A stretch of 64,000 bases of DNA from Verrucomicrobiota bacterium (GCA_021733835.1 JAIPKD010000003.1:4902-68901); one strand, 5' to 3'. Numbered from the stretch's first letter, positions 1 through 9,616 are shown. The notes: generated by a model not told the origin, from the letters alone. Numbers and translations are program-made.

Positions 1-359
1 TACTTGCTTAAGAATATCGACCATCTTTTCGCGGGGCGGCTGATTAGAAAGCCCAGCGTACCTTCTTGGACTTCATCACGTATCATCGCGCCGAACTGCA
101 TCAGGCAATACAGAGGTAGAATGAGCAGGAAGTACATATCGATCAGCCATTTATAAAACTGACGCGTATCGCCCGGATTCACGGTGGCATAAACAAGCCC
201 AGGCAGAGCGCATATAATAAGGATCAGCAACGGCACCCGCCTTGGTATGAGTTCCGACCGCCACGTCATCAGCCAAACCCCGCCCAGAAGCCGATTGAAT
301 CCCGGTCTCATCCCGGAACCGCCGTTGTGCATCGCCGGTCTTGGAGTCTCGTCGTTCAT
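1..359 (-). CDS. ABC-2 type transporter permease, N-terminal part (gene runs off the window edge)
   Basis: My own translation of the minus strand is open from the ATG at 357-359 to position 1. That ATG forms an ATGA overlap with the stop of the upstream ATPase gene. The sequence MNDETPRP...RRVPLLILIICALPGLVYA...MIRDEVQEGTLGFLISRP shows a TM helix and the E-x-GT-L-x-L-S-P motif typical of ABC-2 permeases. It is absent from the ORF track because it is truncated. Confidence 0.5.
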   Translation of the reverse strand, partial: MNDETPRPAMHNGGSGMRPGFNRLLGGVWLMTWRSELIPRRVPLLILIICALPGLVYATVNPGDTRQFYKWLIDMYFLLILPLYCLMQFGAMIRDEVQEGTLGFLISRPAKRWSIFLSK

Positions 360-1282
360 TCGGTTACCTTCGCAAAGATACTCGATAGCGAACGCGTGCC
401 GCTCCGGATTTCGTAAACGGTCACACCGCTGCGCTCGAGGATGTTCAGCCAATTCTCATAAAACTCTTCGGGTTCCTTTATATGAAAAGAAACCGCGCCA
501 TTACCGGGTTCGAGATAGAATCCACGCAGTAATTCTTCATCAAACAAACATCGCGCAAGCCTTTCCGGCCGATCACACCTGACCAATAATTGTTCGTCCC
601 AACGTCTGCTGCCCGATTGTATGGCATCACGCGTACCCGATGCCACAACCCGTCCCCAATTCAACATCAGGAACCATTTGCAAAGGGATTCAAGCTCCTC
701 GAGTATATGACTGGAGATGACAATGCTCACGCCTTGGCTGCATAAGTCCTTGAATAACCGCCCCATTTCCTGCCTGCCCATCGGGTCTAATCCATTCAAA
801 GGCTCGTCCAGAACCAATAATTCCGGCTCGTGCAGCAGCGCCTGCGCAAGCTTGACCCGCTGCCGCATACCTTTTGAGTATTGCGCCAATCTCTTGTTCC
901 AATGCACTCTAGGCAATCGCACCATCTCCAACACACGCTCGGCCGAGGCGGCGGAGTCCTTCGACGACCACCCGGAGATCATGCCCAATCCTCTGAGCCA
1001 CTCGAATGGACGTAAGTCCCGCGCAACGGCGGTACTCTCCGGACAGTATCCAATCCGCCGGAGCACGGATGGATTGTTCCACGGCCTCTCGCCGAAGACC
1101 GTAAGGCTGCCCGAGCTCGGCTGAATCTGACCTGTTATTATCTGGATCAGCGTACTCTTACCGGCGCCGTTGGGGCCCACGAGCCCGGTCAATCCCCCGC
1201 CGATATCGAAGCTGACATGGTTCAGCCCCATGACGATTCCATACCAACGACTCAATTCCTTTGCTTCAATAACGGATTTCAT
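356..1282 (-). CDS. ABC transporter ATP-binding protein
   Basis: Walker A GPNGAGKST, ABC signature YSKGMRQR and Walker B LLVLDEP. There are 4-nt overlaps with both neighbouring genes. Confidence 0.9.
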   Translation of the reverse strand: MKSVIEAKELSRWYGIVMGLNHVSFDIGGGLTGLVGPNGAGKSTLIQIITGQIQPSSGSLTVFGERPWNNPSVLRRIGYCPESTAVARDLRPFEWLRGLGMISGWSSKDSAASAERVLEMVRLPRVHWNKRLAQYSKGMRQRVKLAQALLHEPELLVLDEPLNGLDPMGRQEMGRLFKDLCSQGVSIVISSHILEELESLCKWFLMLNWGRVVASGTRDAIQSGSRRWDEQLLVRCDRPERLARCLFDEELLRGFYLEPGNGAVSFHIKEPEEFYENWLNILERSGVTVYEIRSGTRSLSSIFAKVTE

Positions 1283-2274
1283 TCCGGTTTAACCTTAATC
1301 CACACGATCCATGCGCTAATCAGTATCATAATGGACAATCCAATGAGCGCCCCCTGAATTTCTGGATTCGCCCAAGCCTCCTCGGTCCTTGAGGAAATCC
1401 CACGCAACATCCGGCCGAGCACCGGCACATTCGCCTGCGCCAATTCGAGTTCCGAGTTCAAACGAAACACCGACAAGGCGACCTGATCCAGATTATAACT
1501 GAAACTGAAAAACTTCAACCATGGCTTGGTCGCCATGCTCAGTGGCACAAGCGCGTTCCCAAACAACCAAATAAATAACCAGAGTCCCACACATGTCTTT
1601 TCTTTGCTGGATACAGCGGAGACGCCCAGCGAAACTAATCCGAGAAACAGGATACTCCCGCCCACATATAAAAACACCTTCAACAACGCCGTGCGCGAAT
1701 GCCAAAAGAAACCCCAGTCCGGCGCAAGTAAATTCCCGAAAAACCATGCCGCAATCAACGGTAAGAACCATGTCAGACACAACACTACCAGTACGGTACC
1801 GAGCTTCCCAAGAAGGTAGTCCAGCCTCCCGACCGCCTTGGATGCGTAAATTACAATAGCGTTACTCGAGAGATCACGCGTTATCAAATGCGGTATTACC
1901 ATCGCCACCGCGATAAAGCTCAATCCCGAGATCATCGTGGAAAAGAAATAAAACAGCAGGTTATACGTCGTCCGCACCGAAATCTCCGGATGCTCAATTA
2001 ACCACGTCACCAGCGCGCCCGCAAAATTCTGCAACTGCGGCCCAAGCTCCTCCAACCAGGTAAACACTATGCTGTCCTCGATAAGCAGCTGTCCCAGCAG
2101 AAAAATCACCCCCACCATCGCCAGAGCGCCGCTCCAGCTCAAGGCTATCAAATACCGCATCCATCGATTCCCCAAGCAAGACCGTAGACCGGCCGACGCA
2201 ATTGTACACCGCCGCATCCAAATCCCGCGGTATCCGCCGTCGTAGTGTCTGTAATGTACGTCAATTTGACTCAT
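1279..2274 (-). CDS. ABC-2 family transporter permease (polytopic membrane protein)
   Basis: A 331-aa protein with about 6 hydrophobic helices, sandwiched between two ABC ATPase genes and overlapping both, which suggests translational coupling. Confidence 0.6.
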   Translation of the reverse strand: MSQIDVHYRHYDGGYRGIWMRRCTIASAGLRSCLGNRWMRYLIALSWSGALAMVGVIFLLGQLLIEDSIVFTWLEELGPQLQNFAGALVTWLIEHPEISVRTTYNLLFYFFSTMISGLSFIAVAMVIPHLITRDLSSNAIVIYASKAVGRLDYLLGKLGTVLVVLCLTWFLPLIAAWFFGNLLAPDWGFFWHSRTALLKVFLYVGGSILFLGLVSLGVSAVSSKEKTCVGLWLFIWLFGNALVPLSMATKPWLKFFSFSYNLDQVALSVFRLNSELELAQANVPVLGRMLRGISSRTEEAWANPEIQGALIGLSIMILISAWIVWIKVKPE

Positions 2275-3220
2275 GCGACATCTCCAGCGCCTTCACGAAC
2301 ACTTCTTCAAGCGCATTCGGGCTCGGTATCAGTTCAATCGGCGTCAGGCCACGCCCTCTCATTAGCGACAATAACGCGTTCAGACTCTCTCCTTCATGCT
2401 CGACTCGGACACGCCCGTTAGGCAACAACTCGGCAGGCCATCCACGCTCTGAGCAGGCGCCGACCAAGTCGCCCGCCCCATCCGGCATGACTACCTCAAC
2501 CACACCCTTTCGTCGCGCCTTCAATGCCTCGAGCCTGTCATGGACAAGCACACGTCCCCGCGCTATTACGATTATGCGGTCGCAAATCCTGTCGACATCA
2601 TGCAACAAATGTGATGACAACACGACCGTTATCCCTTGACGCCTCCATAAACTCTGGATCAAATCAAGCACTTGCACCTGCCCGCGCGGGTCCAATCCAT
2701 TCGTCGGCTCGTCCAGAAACACTATCTTCGGATCATGCACAATGGCCTGCGCAAGCTTCAAGCGCTGCTTCATTCCGGTCGAATACGTCTCGACCTTCCG
2801 ATACCGCTCCTGACCCATACCCACAAAATCCAGCATCTCGTGCGCCCGCTGCCGCGCCGCACGGAATGGGAGTCCGCATAACTGCGCGCAATAGGTGACA
2901 TACTCGCATCCGACCATCCCCGGCACGTGACAATCCTCCTCAGGCGTATACCCAACCAGTTTCCGAATCTCGCGTCCCTCCTTCTTGAGATCACGGGACA
3001 ATAACCGCGCCGTGCCACCGTCCGACGGTAACAATTGTAATAGGCACTTCATGAAAGTTGTCTTGCCGGCGCCGTTGGGGCCGAGCAGGCCTATTGCCCC
3101 GGCGGGTACGCTCAAGCATATATCATCCAGCGCCTTCTGCACACCGAATGTCTTGGTCAAATTCGACACCTCTATCACCGGCTCTGCAAAAGATTCTTCG
3201 CGCAAATCAGTCCCGGACAT
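2261..3220 (-). CDS. ABC transporter ATP-binding protein
   Basis: Walker A GPNGAGKTT, signature YSTGMKQR and Walker B IVFLDEP. It is the first gene of the ATPase-permease-ATPase-permease operon. Confidence 0.9.
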   Translation of the reverse strand: MSGTDLREESFAEPVIEVSNLTKTFGVQKALDDICLSVPAGAIGLLGPNGAGKTTFMKCLLQLLPSDGGTARLLSRDLKKEGREIRKLVGYTPEEDCHVPGMVGCEYVTYCAQLCGLPFRAARQRAHEMLDFVGMGQERYRKVETYSTGMKQRLKLAQAIVHDPKIVFLDEPTNGLDPRGQVQVLDLIQSLWRRQGITVVLSSHLLHDVDRICDRIIVIARGRVLVHDRLEALKARRKGVVEVVMPDGAGDLVGACSERGWPAELLPNGRVRVEHEGESLNALLSLMRGRGLTPIELIPSPNALEEVFVKALEMSHESN

Positions 3221-3556
3221 AATAAGGGAAATCTAAGTTATTCACTGCGTTTAACAAGGTTTTTATTGGGCCCCTATGTCGTCACAACAAAATACATTCG
3301 GCTCTTTCGCCTTTCCTACCCATACCTTCAAACCGGGCGTTCCAGCTATGTAGGGATAGACTCTACCGACAAACACAGTCGCGCTCCGGGGGAATGGTTA
3401 GGGACAGGCTATTACAAATCGCATTCGAAAAGGGTTTATCGGGCATTTTTGCCAATTTAGCAGCCGTGTGAACCCCTAAACTTCCAGAGCCGATTTTCAC
3501 GGCGGCGTGAATATGCAGTTGTCATTTCTAAAGCGATCGATTAAATTATAACTGCA

Positions 3557-3967
3557 ATGCGTCCGAAGCTGAAAGAAGATCCGAAAGAATGGCGCAAATT
3601 CACTATCGTCCTAGGCGTAATGGCGCTGGTGATTGATTTTGTGCTTTTCCAAAGAGATCACATTGGTAAATGGTCGGCGCTGGCCGTATTTGCCATTGCA
3701 GCGGTGATGATCGGTTTTTCCGCGATAAAGCCGCAATGGTTCCGTTGGCTTTATCGATCGGGAATGACTGCCAGCTTTCACATCGGTCACATCATGGGGG
3801 GAATAATACTTACCATAATCTTCGTGATTATCCTGACGCCGCTCGGTTGGGCCTTGAAATTAATGGGTAAGGATGTCCTGGAAACGAAAAAACCGCCGCA
3901 TCATACCAGATCGTATTGGCATGATTCCAAGCACAGGAATCCAAACCATTTTGAGAAACAGTTTTAG
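3557..3967 (+). CDS. SxtJ-family small membrane protein (function unknown)
   Basis: A 136-aa protein with three TM helices. The C-terminal pattern LTPLGWALKLMGKDVL...SYW...HFEKQF matches my recollection of the SxtJ family (LTPIG..MR..GKDP...SYW...YFRQF). Confidence 0.45.
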   Translation: MRPKLKEDPKEWRKFTIVLGVMALVIDFVLFQRDHIGKWSALAVFAIAAVMIGFSAIKPQWFRWLYRSGMTASFHIGHIMGGIILTIIFVIILTPLGWALKLMGKDVLETKKPPHHTRSYWHDSKHRNPNHFEKQF

Positions 3968-4120
3968 CATTAATATTTATTGCGGGGGGAAAAACCGGCA
4001 ACCGCGACATCCGGTGTAAGTATTTATTTCAGGATTTTAATGGTGAAGATTCTCACATCTATAGAACATGAATCTACAAAAGAATAATACATAATAAACA
4101 ATAAGTAATATTAATTATCC

Positions 4121-6178
4121 ATGTCTGAGAGTTCCGCTTTGGAAGACACCAATAAAAAATCCGGAGGAATAAAAAATAGGATTCCCGACCGCGGCGCGTT
4201 GGAAACGGCGATCCACCGCTCCCAAGAGTACCTGCTCCATACGCAAACAGAAGAAGGCTATTGGATCGGCGAATTAGTCGTGGACGTCACGCTCGTTGCG
4301 GACATGATCGCCTACCACCACTGGAACGGAAAGGTGGATCAGGAATGGCAGCGCAAGGCGGTCAACCATATACTTTCACTTCAGCTGCCCGACGGCGGAT
4401 GGAACATCTACTATGGCGGCCCATCAGAGGTTAACGCTACTATTAAAGCATATCTTGCGCTCAAGCTTGCCGGCATCCCCGAAACGGATTCAAACATGCT
4501 CAAGGCGCGCGCCACGGCGCTCAGCCTCGGTGGTATTCCCCGGATGAACACTTTCTCCAAGCTCTACCTCGCCCTGCTCGGCCTATACCCGTGGGATTAC
4601 GTACCCACCATCCCATGTGAGATTCTGCTCATCGGTAAATGGTTCCACGTAAATTTCAACGAAATGAGCAACTGGAGCCGCGCAATGCTCGTGCCGCTGG
4701 CCATCATCAACCATTTCAAACCGACGAGAAAGCCGAACCCCGGCTTTTCGATCGACGAGTTATTCCCCGAGGGCATACACCAGCGCGACCTCAGACTGCC
4801 ATCGGACCCCGAGCTATTCACATGGCGAAACTTCTTCCTCTGGCTGGATAAGCTCCACAAGTTCGTCGAGAATTATAAACTCAGACCCTTCCGTAAATTG
4901 GCGCTGCAAAAAGCGGAAAAATGGATGCTCGAACGCTTTGAAGGCTCAAACGGCCTCGCCGCGATATTCCCGGCAATGCTGAACTCACTTATCGCACTAA
5001 AAGCGCTCGGGTATCCGGACGACCACCCGCAAGTACTACGCGCCGAAAAAGAACTCAAAAACCTCGAGCATGAAACAGAATCAAGCGTTCGTATCGAACC
5101 CTGCCTCTCACCCGTATGGGATACCGCCATTGTAGCCATTGCACTGCGCGAATCGGGTATCCCCGAAGACCATCCATTGATCAATAAAGCCACAGAATGG
5201 CTCATACAAAAAGAAATCAGGTTCAGAGGCGATTGGTATTACAAGAATCCGGTTGATGTCGAACCAAGTGGCTGGGTATTCGAATTCGAAAATAAGTGGA
5301 ACCCTGACATCGACGACACAGCCATGGTGCTTCTCGCGCTGCGGCTGGTTAAAACCGGCAACCCACGGAATAGGGACGAATGTTTCGCCCGGGGCTTGAA
5401 CTGGATGCTCACCTTCCAATGCAAAGACGGTGGCTGGGCCGCCTTTGACAAAGACTGCACTAAGAACGTTCTCGAAAAAGTCCCGTTCGCCGACCATAAC
5501 GCCATGCTGGACCCGGAGTGCGCCGATATCACCGCAAGAATCCTCGAACTCCTCGGCTATGAAGGATTTGACAAATCGAATCCACAAGTCCGCAAAGCAC
5601 TTGAATTCATACGCCAAGAACAGGAATCCGACGGCTCATGGTATGGACGCTGGGGCGTGAATTATATCTACGGCACCTGGCAGGTGCTTCGCGGGCTCCG
5701 CGCCATAGGTATCGATATGTCCCAGGACTGGATTCAAAAGGCCGAGACCTGGCTGGAAAGCGTCCAGAACGATGACGGCGGATGGGGCGAACGTTGCGAT
5801 ACCTACGATGACCCCGTATTCAAGGGCAAAGGACCAAGCACTCCATCTCAAACCGCCTGGGCAGTAATGGGCCTTTGCGCATTTGATGATCCGTTCAACC
5901 CGGCTTTGATCAAAGGCGTCGAACACCTCGTCCGCACACAAAATGATGACGGGACGTGGACTGAATACGAAACCACGGGCACGGGATTCCCCAAGGTCTT
6001 TTATTTGAAATACGATATGTACAGAAATAGTTGGCCGCTCCTTGCGCTCGCCACCTACAGGAGAATCCTCAATCAAAGACTGACCAAGGGAAACGGCCAC
6101 ATGAAACTCAAGAAATCTCCGTCCCGGAAAACCGATTCAACCCGCATCGCTCAGCGTAAGAACGCAAGTAAGCGGTAA
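4121..6178 (+). CDS. shc: squalene-hopene cyclase
   Basis: Catalytic DxDDTA motif (PDIDDTAMVLLAL), multiple QW repeats (e.g. QNDDGGWG, QLPDGGWN, QESDGSWYGRWG), and 685 aa, which is a typical length plus a basic C-terminal tail of about 35 aa. Confidence 0.93.
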   Translation: MSESSALEDTNKKSGGIKNRIPDRGALETAIHRSQEYLLHTQTEEGYWIGELVVDVTLVADMIAYHHWNGKVDQEWQRKAVNHILSLQLPDGGWNIYYGGPSEVNATIKAYLALKLAGIPETDSNMLKARATALSLGGIPRMNTFSKLYLALLGLYPWDYVPTIPCEILLIGKWFHVNFNEMSNWSRAMLVPLAIINHFKPTRKPNPGFSIDELFPEGIHQRDLRLPSDPELFTWRNFFLWLDKLHKFVENYKLRPFRKLALQKAEKWMLERFEGSNGLAAIFPAMLNSLIALKALGYPDDHPQVLRAEKELKNLEHETESSVRIEPCLSPVWDTAIVAIALRESGIPEDHPLINKATEWLIQKEIRFRGDWYYKNPVDVEPSGWVFEFENKWNPDIDDTAMVLLALRLVKTGNPRNRDECFARGLNWMLTFQCKDGGWAAFDKDCTKNVLEKVPFADHNAMLDPECADITARILELLGYEGFDKSNPQVRKALEFIRQEQESDGSWYGRWGVNYIYGTWQVLRGLRAIGIDMSQDWIQKAETWLESVQNDDGGWGERCDTYDDPVFKGKGPSTPSQTAWAVMGLCAFDDPFNPALIKGVEHLVRTQNDDGTWTEYETTGTGFPKVFYLKYDMYRNSWPLLALATYRRILNQRLTKGNGHMKLKKSPSRKTDSTRIAQRKNASKR

Positions 6179-6184
6179 CCCATA

Positions 6185-6850
6185 ATGCCACAAGCCGCCT
6201 CACACCCCCCACATCGCATCCTCGTCTGCTTCGCGGTCAAACAGGAACTGAGGCCTTTTTCCGCATTCGCCCGCCGCTCCAATAATATCTCTACATGCCT
6301 CACCGGCATGGGCGCAAGCAACGCCGAGAAACACTTGTTGCACGCCCTCAGCCGATCAAGTCCTACTATGGTGCTAAGCTGCGGCTTCGCCGGCGGACTC
6401 AATCCGAGTCTGCGCTCAGGCTGTATTGTATATGATGCCGACCCGGCACTCGCCATTTCCGACCGCCTCCAGCAACTTGGAGGCGTCCACGCCGAATTCA
6501 GCTCGATCGACTGGATAATCACTAGTTCCGAAGCCAAGCACAAACTTCACTACGCCTCCGGCGCGGATGCCGTTGATATGGAATCCGCCGTAATCCGCCG
6601 AATCTGCAAGGACAATAATATACCTTCGGCTAACATCCGCGCTATTCTCGATACGGCAAATGAGAACCTTCCGCTCGATTTCAATAAACACAAAACGGAC
6701 GAATTCAATCTCAATTACCGCGGTATCGCGCTGGACATCCTTAACAACCCCAGCAGTATAAAAAACCTGATAGCCTTCGGCATCCGCGCCGAATCGGTCG
6801 CACGGAAGTTGTCCAAATACCTCGAGCGGCTCCTTATCAGTTTCTGCTGA
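6185..6850 (+). CDS. hpnG: hopanoid-associated phosphorylase/nucleosidase (PNP_UDP_1 fold, HpnG-like)
   Basis: It starts 7 nt after the shc stop. The motifs SCGFAGGLNPSL..G and ADAVDMESAVI...IRAILD fit the MTA/SAH-nucleosidase-like HpnG pattern, and the 221-aa length fits too. Confidence 0.65.
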   Translation: MPQAASHPPHRILVCFAVKQELRPFSAFARRSNNISTCLTGMGASNAEKHLLHALSRSSPTMVLSCGFAGGLNPSLRSGCIVYDADPALAISDRLQQLGGVHAEFSSIDWIITSSEAKHKLHYASGADAVDMESAVIRRICKDNNIPSANIRAILDTANENLPLDFNKHKTDEFNLNYRGIALDILNNPSSIKNLIAFGIRAESVARKLSKYLERLLISFC

Positions 6851-6927
6851 ATCCAATGCCTTCATAGATTATTCATTCGCTGAAAATTATTGCCCCCGGG
6901 AAGATTTCGCGGCAATATCCCGATATC

Positions 6928-8037
6928 ATGGCTTATTACGAAGAATCCAAGATACGAGATATTTCACGGCATTTCGATATCTACGGCGAAATACTCCACG
7001 CCGAACCGTGTAAGATCGGCCACATCAACGAAACGTATTCAGCTACTTATTCTCAAGGCGGCGCCGTCATTCGCTACGTACACCAGAAAATCAATCAGTC
7101 GGTATTCAAAGACCCACCGGCGGTCATGGATAACATCCTCCGCGTCACGCGCCACCTCCGGGCCAAACTCACCAATAGTACTTTCAACGATATAACACGT
7201 CGCACCCTCACCGTTATCCCCGCCATAGACGGAAATCCATACTTCCAGGACGACGAGAATGACTACTGGCGAACCTATATCTTTTTGGAAGGTGTCCAAA
7301 CATTCGAGGCCGTACAATCACCAAAACAAGCCTTCCAGGCAGGGAAGGCCTTCGGCGAATTCCAGCAAATGCTCTCAGACCTGCCCGGAAAACGACTCAA
7401 CGAAACCATACCCGATTTTCATAACTCAAGGAAACGTTTCAATACCTTTGCCAAAGCGGTGCAGAATGACAAATGTAACCGCGCGCGTTATGCAAAAAAA
7501 GAAATCGACTTCGCGCTCGCAAACGAGCCGCTCGTCGACGTACTCCTCGACGCCCATAAAAAAGGGAAAATCCCGGAACGTATCACCCATAACGACACTA
7601 AATTCAATAATGTCATGCTCGATATGGAATCGGGCCGACAAATGTGCGTTATCGACCTCGATACAGTCATGCCCGGCCTTATCCATTATGACTTCGGAGA
7701 CATGGTGCGCACCACAACCAGTCCGACGGTAGAAGACGAAATCGACCTCTCCAAAGTGCACATGGACATGAAGATGTTCGAGGCCCTCGCCCGCGGTTAC
7801 ACCGAAGCCGCAAACGGATTCATCACAAAACAGGAAAAAGCACTCCTCGCGTTCGCCGGGAAGCTGATCACTTTCACTATCGGCCTCCGGTTCCTGGCCG
7901 ACTACCTGAATGGCGATATTTACTTCCGCGTACACCGGCCGGGACATAATCTCGACCGCTGCCGTACTCAATTCAAATTAGTCGAATCAATTGCTCGCCA
8001 GGAAGACAAAATGCGGAAATTCATCGATTCACTCTGA
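6928..8037 (+). CDS. aminoglycoside-phosphotransferase-fold kinase, N-acetylhexosamine-1-kinase (NahK)-like
   Basis: Catalytic loop ITHNDTKFNNVMLD and metal-binding VIDLDTVMPGLIHYDFGD. The N-terminal HINETY nucleotide-binding lobe is also present. Confidence 0.6.
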   Translation: MAYYEESKIRDISRHFDIYGEILHAEPCKIGHINETYSATYSQGGAVIRYVHQKINQSVFKDPPAVMDNILRVTRHLRAKLTNSTFNDITRRTLTVIPAIDGNPYFQDDENDYWRTYIFLEGVQTFEAVQSPKQAFQAGKAFGEFQQMLSDLPGKRLNETIPDFHNSRKRFNTFAKAVQNDKCNRARYAKKEIDFALANEPLVDVLLDAHKKGKIPERITHNDTKFNNVMLDMESGRQMCVIDLDTVMPGLIHYDFGDMVRTTTSPTVEDEIDLSKVHMDMKMFEALARGYTEAANGFITKQEKALLAFAGKLITFTIGLRFLADYLNGDIYFRVHRPGHNLDRCRTQFKLVESIARQEDKMRKFIDSL

Positions 8038-8095
8038 GGACGTATCCTCCTCAATCCGGGGGTTTCAACTTACACAGCGCCTCCGGCATCGGCGC

Positions 8096-8482
8096 TCACT
8101 TCCGCACCGCCTCATCTATCATCGCCTTGATCGCCTCCTCCACCTCGGCGGCGGTCTCCTCCAGCTCATCAGCGCCGAACATACGAAGCATTTGCGTCGG
8201 CAGAATTGTCGCAACCTTTATCACACCGTCCTCCTCAAACACCGAAATCCTGCACGGCAAGGCCGTTGAGATGCTCATCATCTGATTCAAAACCTCTTTG
8301 GCCTTTATCGGATTGCATACCTCGAAAATCCTGCACTCATTCTTGAATTCCACACCCTTATCCCGCATCTTCGCCTGCAGGTCGATAATTGCCATTACAC
8401 CGAAATTATGCGCTTTAACCGCCTCCTCAAGGCGATTGCAAACCGCATCCACACTCCCACTTGTCTCCTTCACGTATAACAT
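8096..8482 (-). CDS. DUF302 domain-containing protein
   Basis: A 128-aa protein. The patterns AVK..NFGVMAIIDLQAKM..KGVEF...RIFEVCNP and ALPCRISVFEEDG are characteristic of DUF302. Confidence 0.7.
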   Translation of the reverse strand: MLYVKETSGSVDAVCNRLEEAVKAHNFGVMAIIDLQAKMRDKGVEFKNECRIFEVCNPIKAKEVLNQMMSISTALPCRISVFEEDGVIKVATILPTQMLRMFGADELEETAAEVEEAIKAMIDEAVRK

Positions 8483-8678
8483 AGTCGAAAATTCGTTTAT
8501 TAATGAGTTAAAGTCGATTTCATTTTACATGCATCCCGCCTTTTTGCAACCGGGCAATACGCACTTGTCACCGCACCACCGCCGTAAAAAACCATACACC
8601 GTTAATCCCATAAAATACCTTCTGTTGAATAACATCCTCGATCGCGAGCAAATCGCAAATCCTCGTCCGCATCAATTA

Positions 8679-8831
8679 TGTAGGGACAGACACTAACAAA
8701 TGCAGGGACAGGCACTAACCCGGTGTTAAAAATCCAGTGAAATATGGCCGTTTTTTAACGTTTATTACTCGTGTCAATTGAACTGTAGTTGTAGGGACGG
8801 GTTCCTACATAACTGTAGGGACGGACATTAC
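8679..8831. repeat. cluster of four copies of a ~19-nt motif TG[T/C]AGGGAC[A/G]G..(A/T)YTAC
   Basis: The copies are tgtagggacagacactaac (8679-8697), tgcagggacaggcactaac (8701-8719), tgtagggacgggttcctac (8790-8808) and tgtagggacggacattac (8814-8831). They form two tandem pairs spaced 22 and 24 bp apart, in a 480-bp divergent intergenic region. Confidence 0.7.
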
Positions 8832-8963
8832 ATGAGGTTGAAAATCTTACTAAAATGATAATTGTCGGTCTTTTTGGTTGTTGATTTCAGTGAAATCCTG
8901 TGAAAATCCAGATAGGGAATACAAGGGTAGTTAAAAATTGGGAAAACACTAAACCTGAAATCA

Positions 8964-9557
8964 ATGATGAAGATCTCTGTTATCTTAGGGCATCCTAAAG
9001 TAGGAAGTTTCAATCACGCCATTGCGAATACGGCTGTTGAGACTATCAAGGCAAAAGGACACGAGGCGCTATTCCACGACCTGTATGCGGAAGGATTTGA
9101 TCCGCTATTAACAGCGCCGGAACTGGACAAAGACCCTGAATTACCGCCGGAAATCGAGAAACACTGCCAAGAAATAGAGGGAGCCGACGGCGTTATAATC
9201 GTGCATCCAAACTGGTGGAGTCAGCCACCGGCAATCTTGAGGGGATGGACGGATCGCTGTCTGCGCAATGGACGCGCCTATCAATTCGTGCCTGACGGAA
9301 AAGGTGGTGCCACGCCCGAAGGCCTGCTCAAGGCAAGGTTTGGAATCGCCTTCTATACCTCCAATACTCCGCATGAAATCGAGGAAGAGGTCTACGGAGA
9401 CCCTTTGCAAACACTCTGGCTCAAGGTCGTATTCGGTTTATGCGGTATAAAGGATGTTACCAGGCGCAACTTCACCTCTATAATCGTCAGCTCGCACGAA
9501 CAGCGAGTCAAATGGCTGGATGAAGTCCGAGAAACCGTATCGGCATACCTTGATTAA
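8964..9557 (+). CDS. NAD(P)H dehydrogenase (quinone) / flavodoxin-like fold (Flavodoxin_2) family protein
   Basis: The N-terminus MKISVILGHPKVGSFNHAIA and the motif VIIVHPNWWSQPPAILRGWTDR are typical of the NQO/KefF-like family. Confidence 0.75.
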   Translation: MMKISVILGHPKVGSFNHAIANTAVETIKAKGHEALFHDLYAEGFDPLLTAPELDKDPELPPEIEKHCQEIEGADGVIIVHPNWWSQPPAILRGWTDRCLRNGRAYQFVPDGKGGATPEGLLKARFGIAFYTSNTPHEIEEEVYGDPLQTLWLKVVFGLCGIKDVTRRNFTSIIVSSHEQRVKWLDEVRETVSAYLD

Positions 9558-9573
9558 CCGCATCATCCACACC

Positions 9574-9616
9574 GGCATGTCCTGTCGGCTTGACAACGAC
9601 GGGGCATGCCATTTTT
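9574..9616 (+). terminator. rho-independent terminator downstream of the NAD(P)H dehydrogenase gene
   Basis: A 14-bp stem pairs ggcatgtcctgtcg (9574-9587) with cgacggggcatgcc (9597-9610), including two G-U pairs. The loop is 9 nt and is followed by aTTTTTg (9611-9617). Confidence 0.6.

Noticed and set aside
5108-5617. A 169-aa ORF on the - strand inside shc. Similar 60-180-aa ORFs overlap other confident genes, e.g. 21684-22157, 23019-23456, 54571-55086 and 61768-62229.
   Set aside because: These are shadow ORFs overlapping genes with clear catalytic motifs, and they have no motifs of their own.
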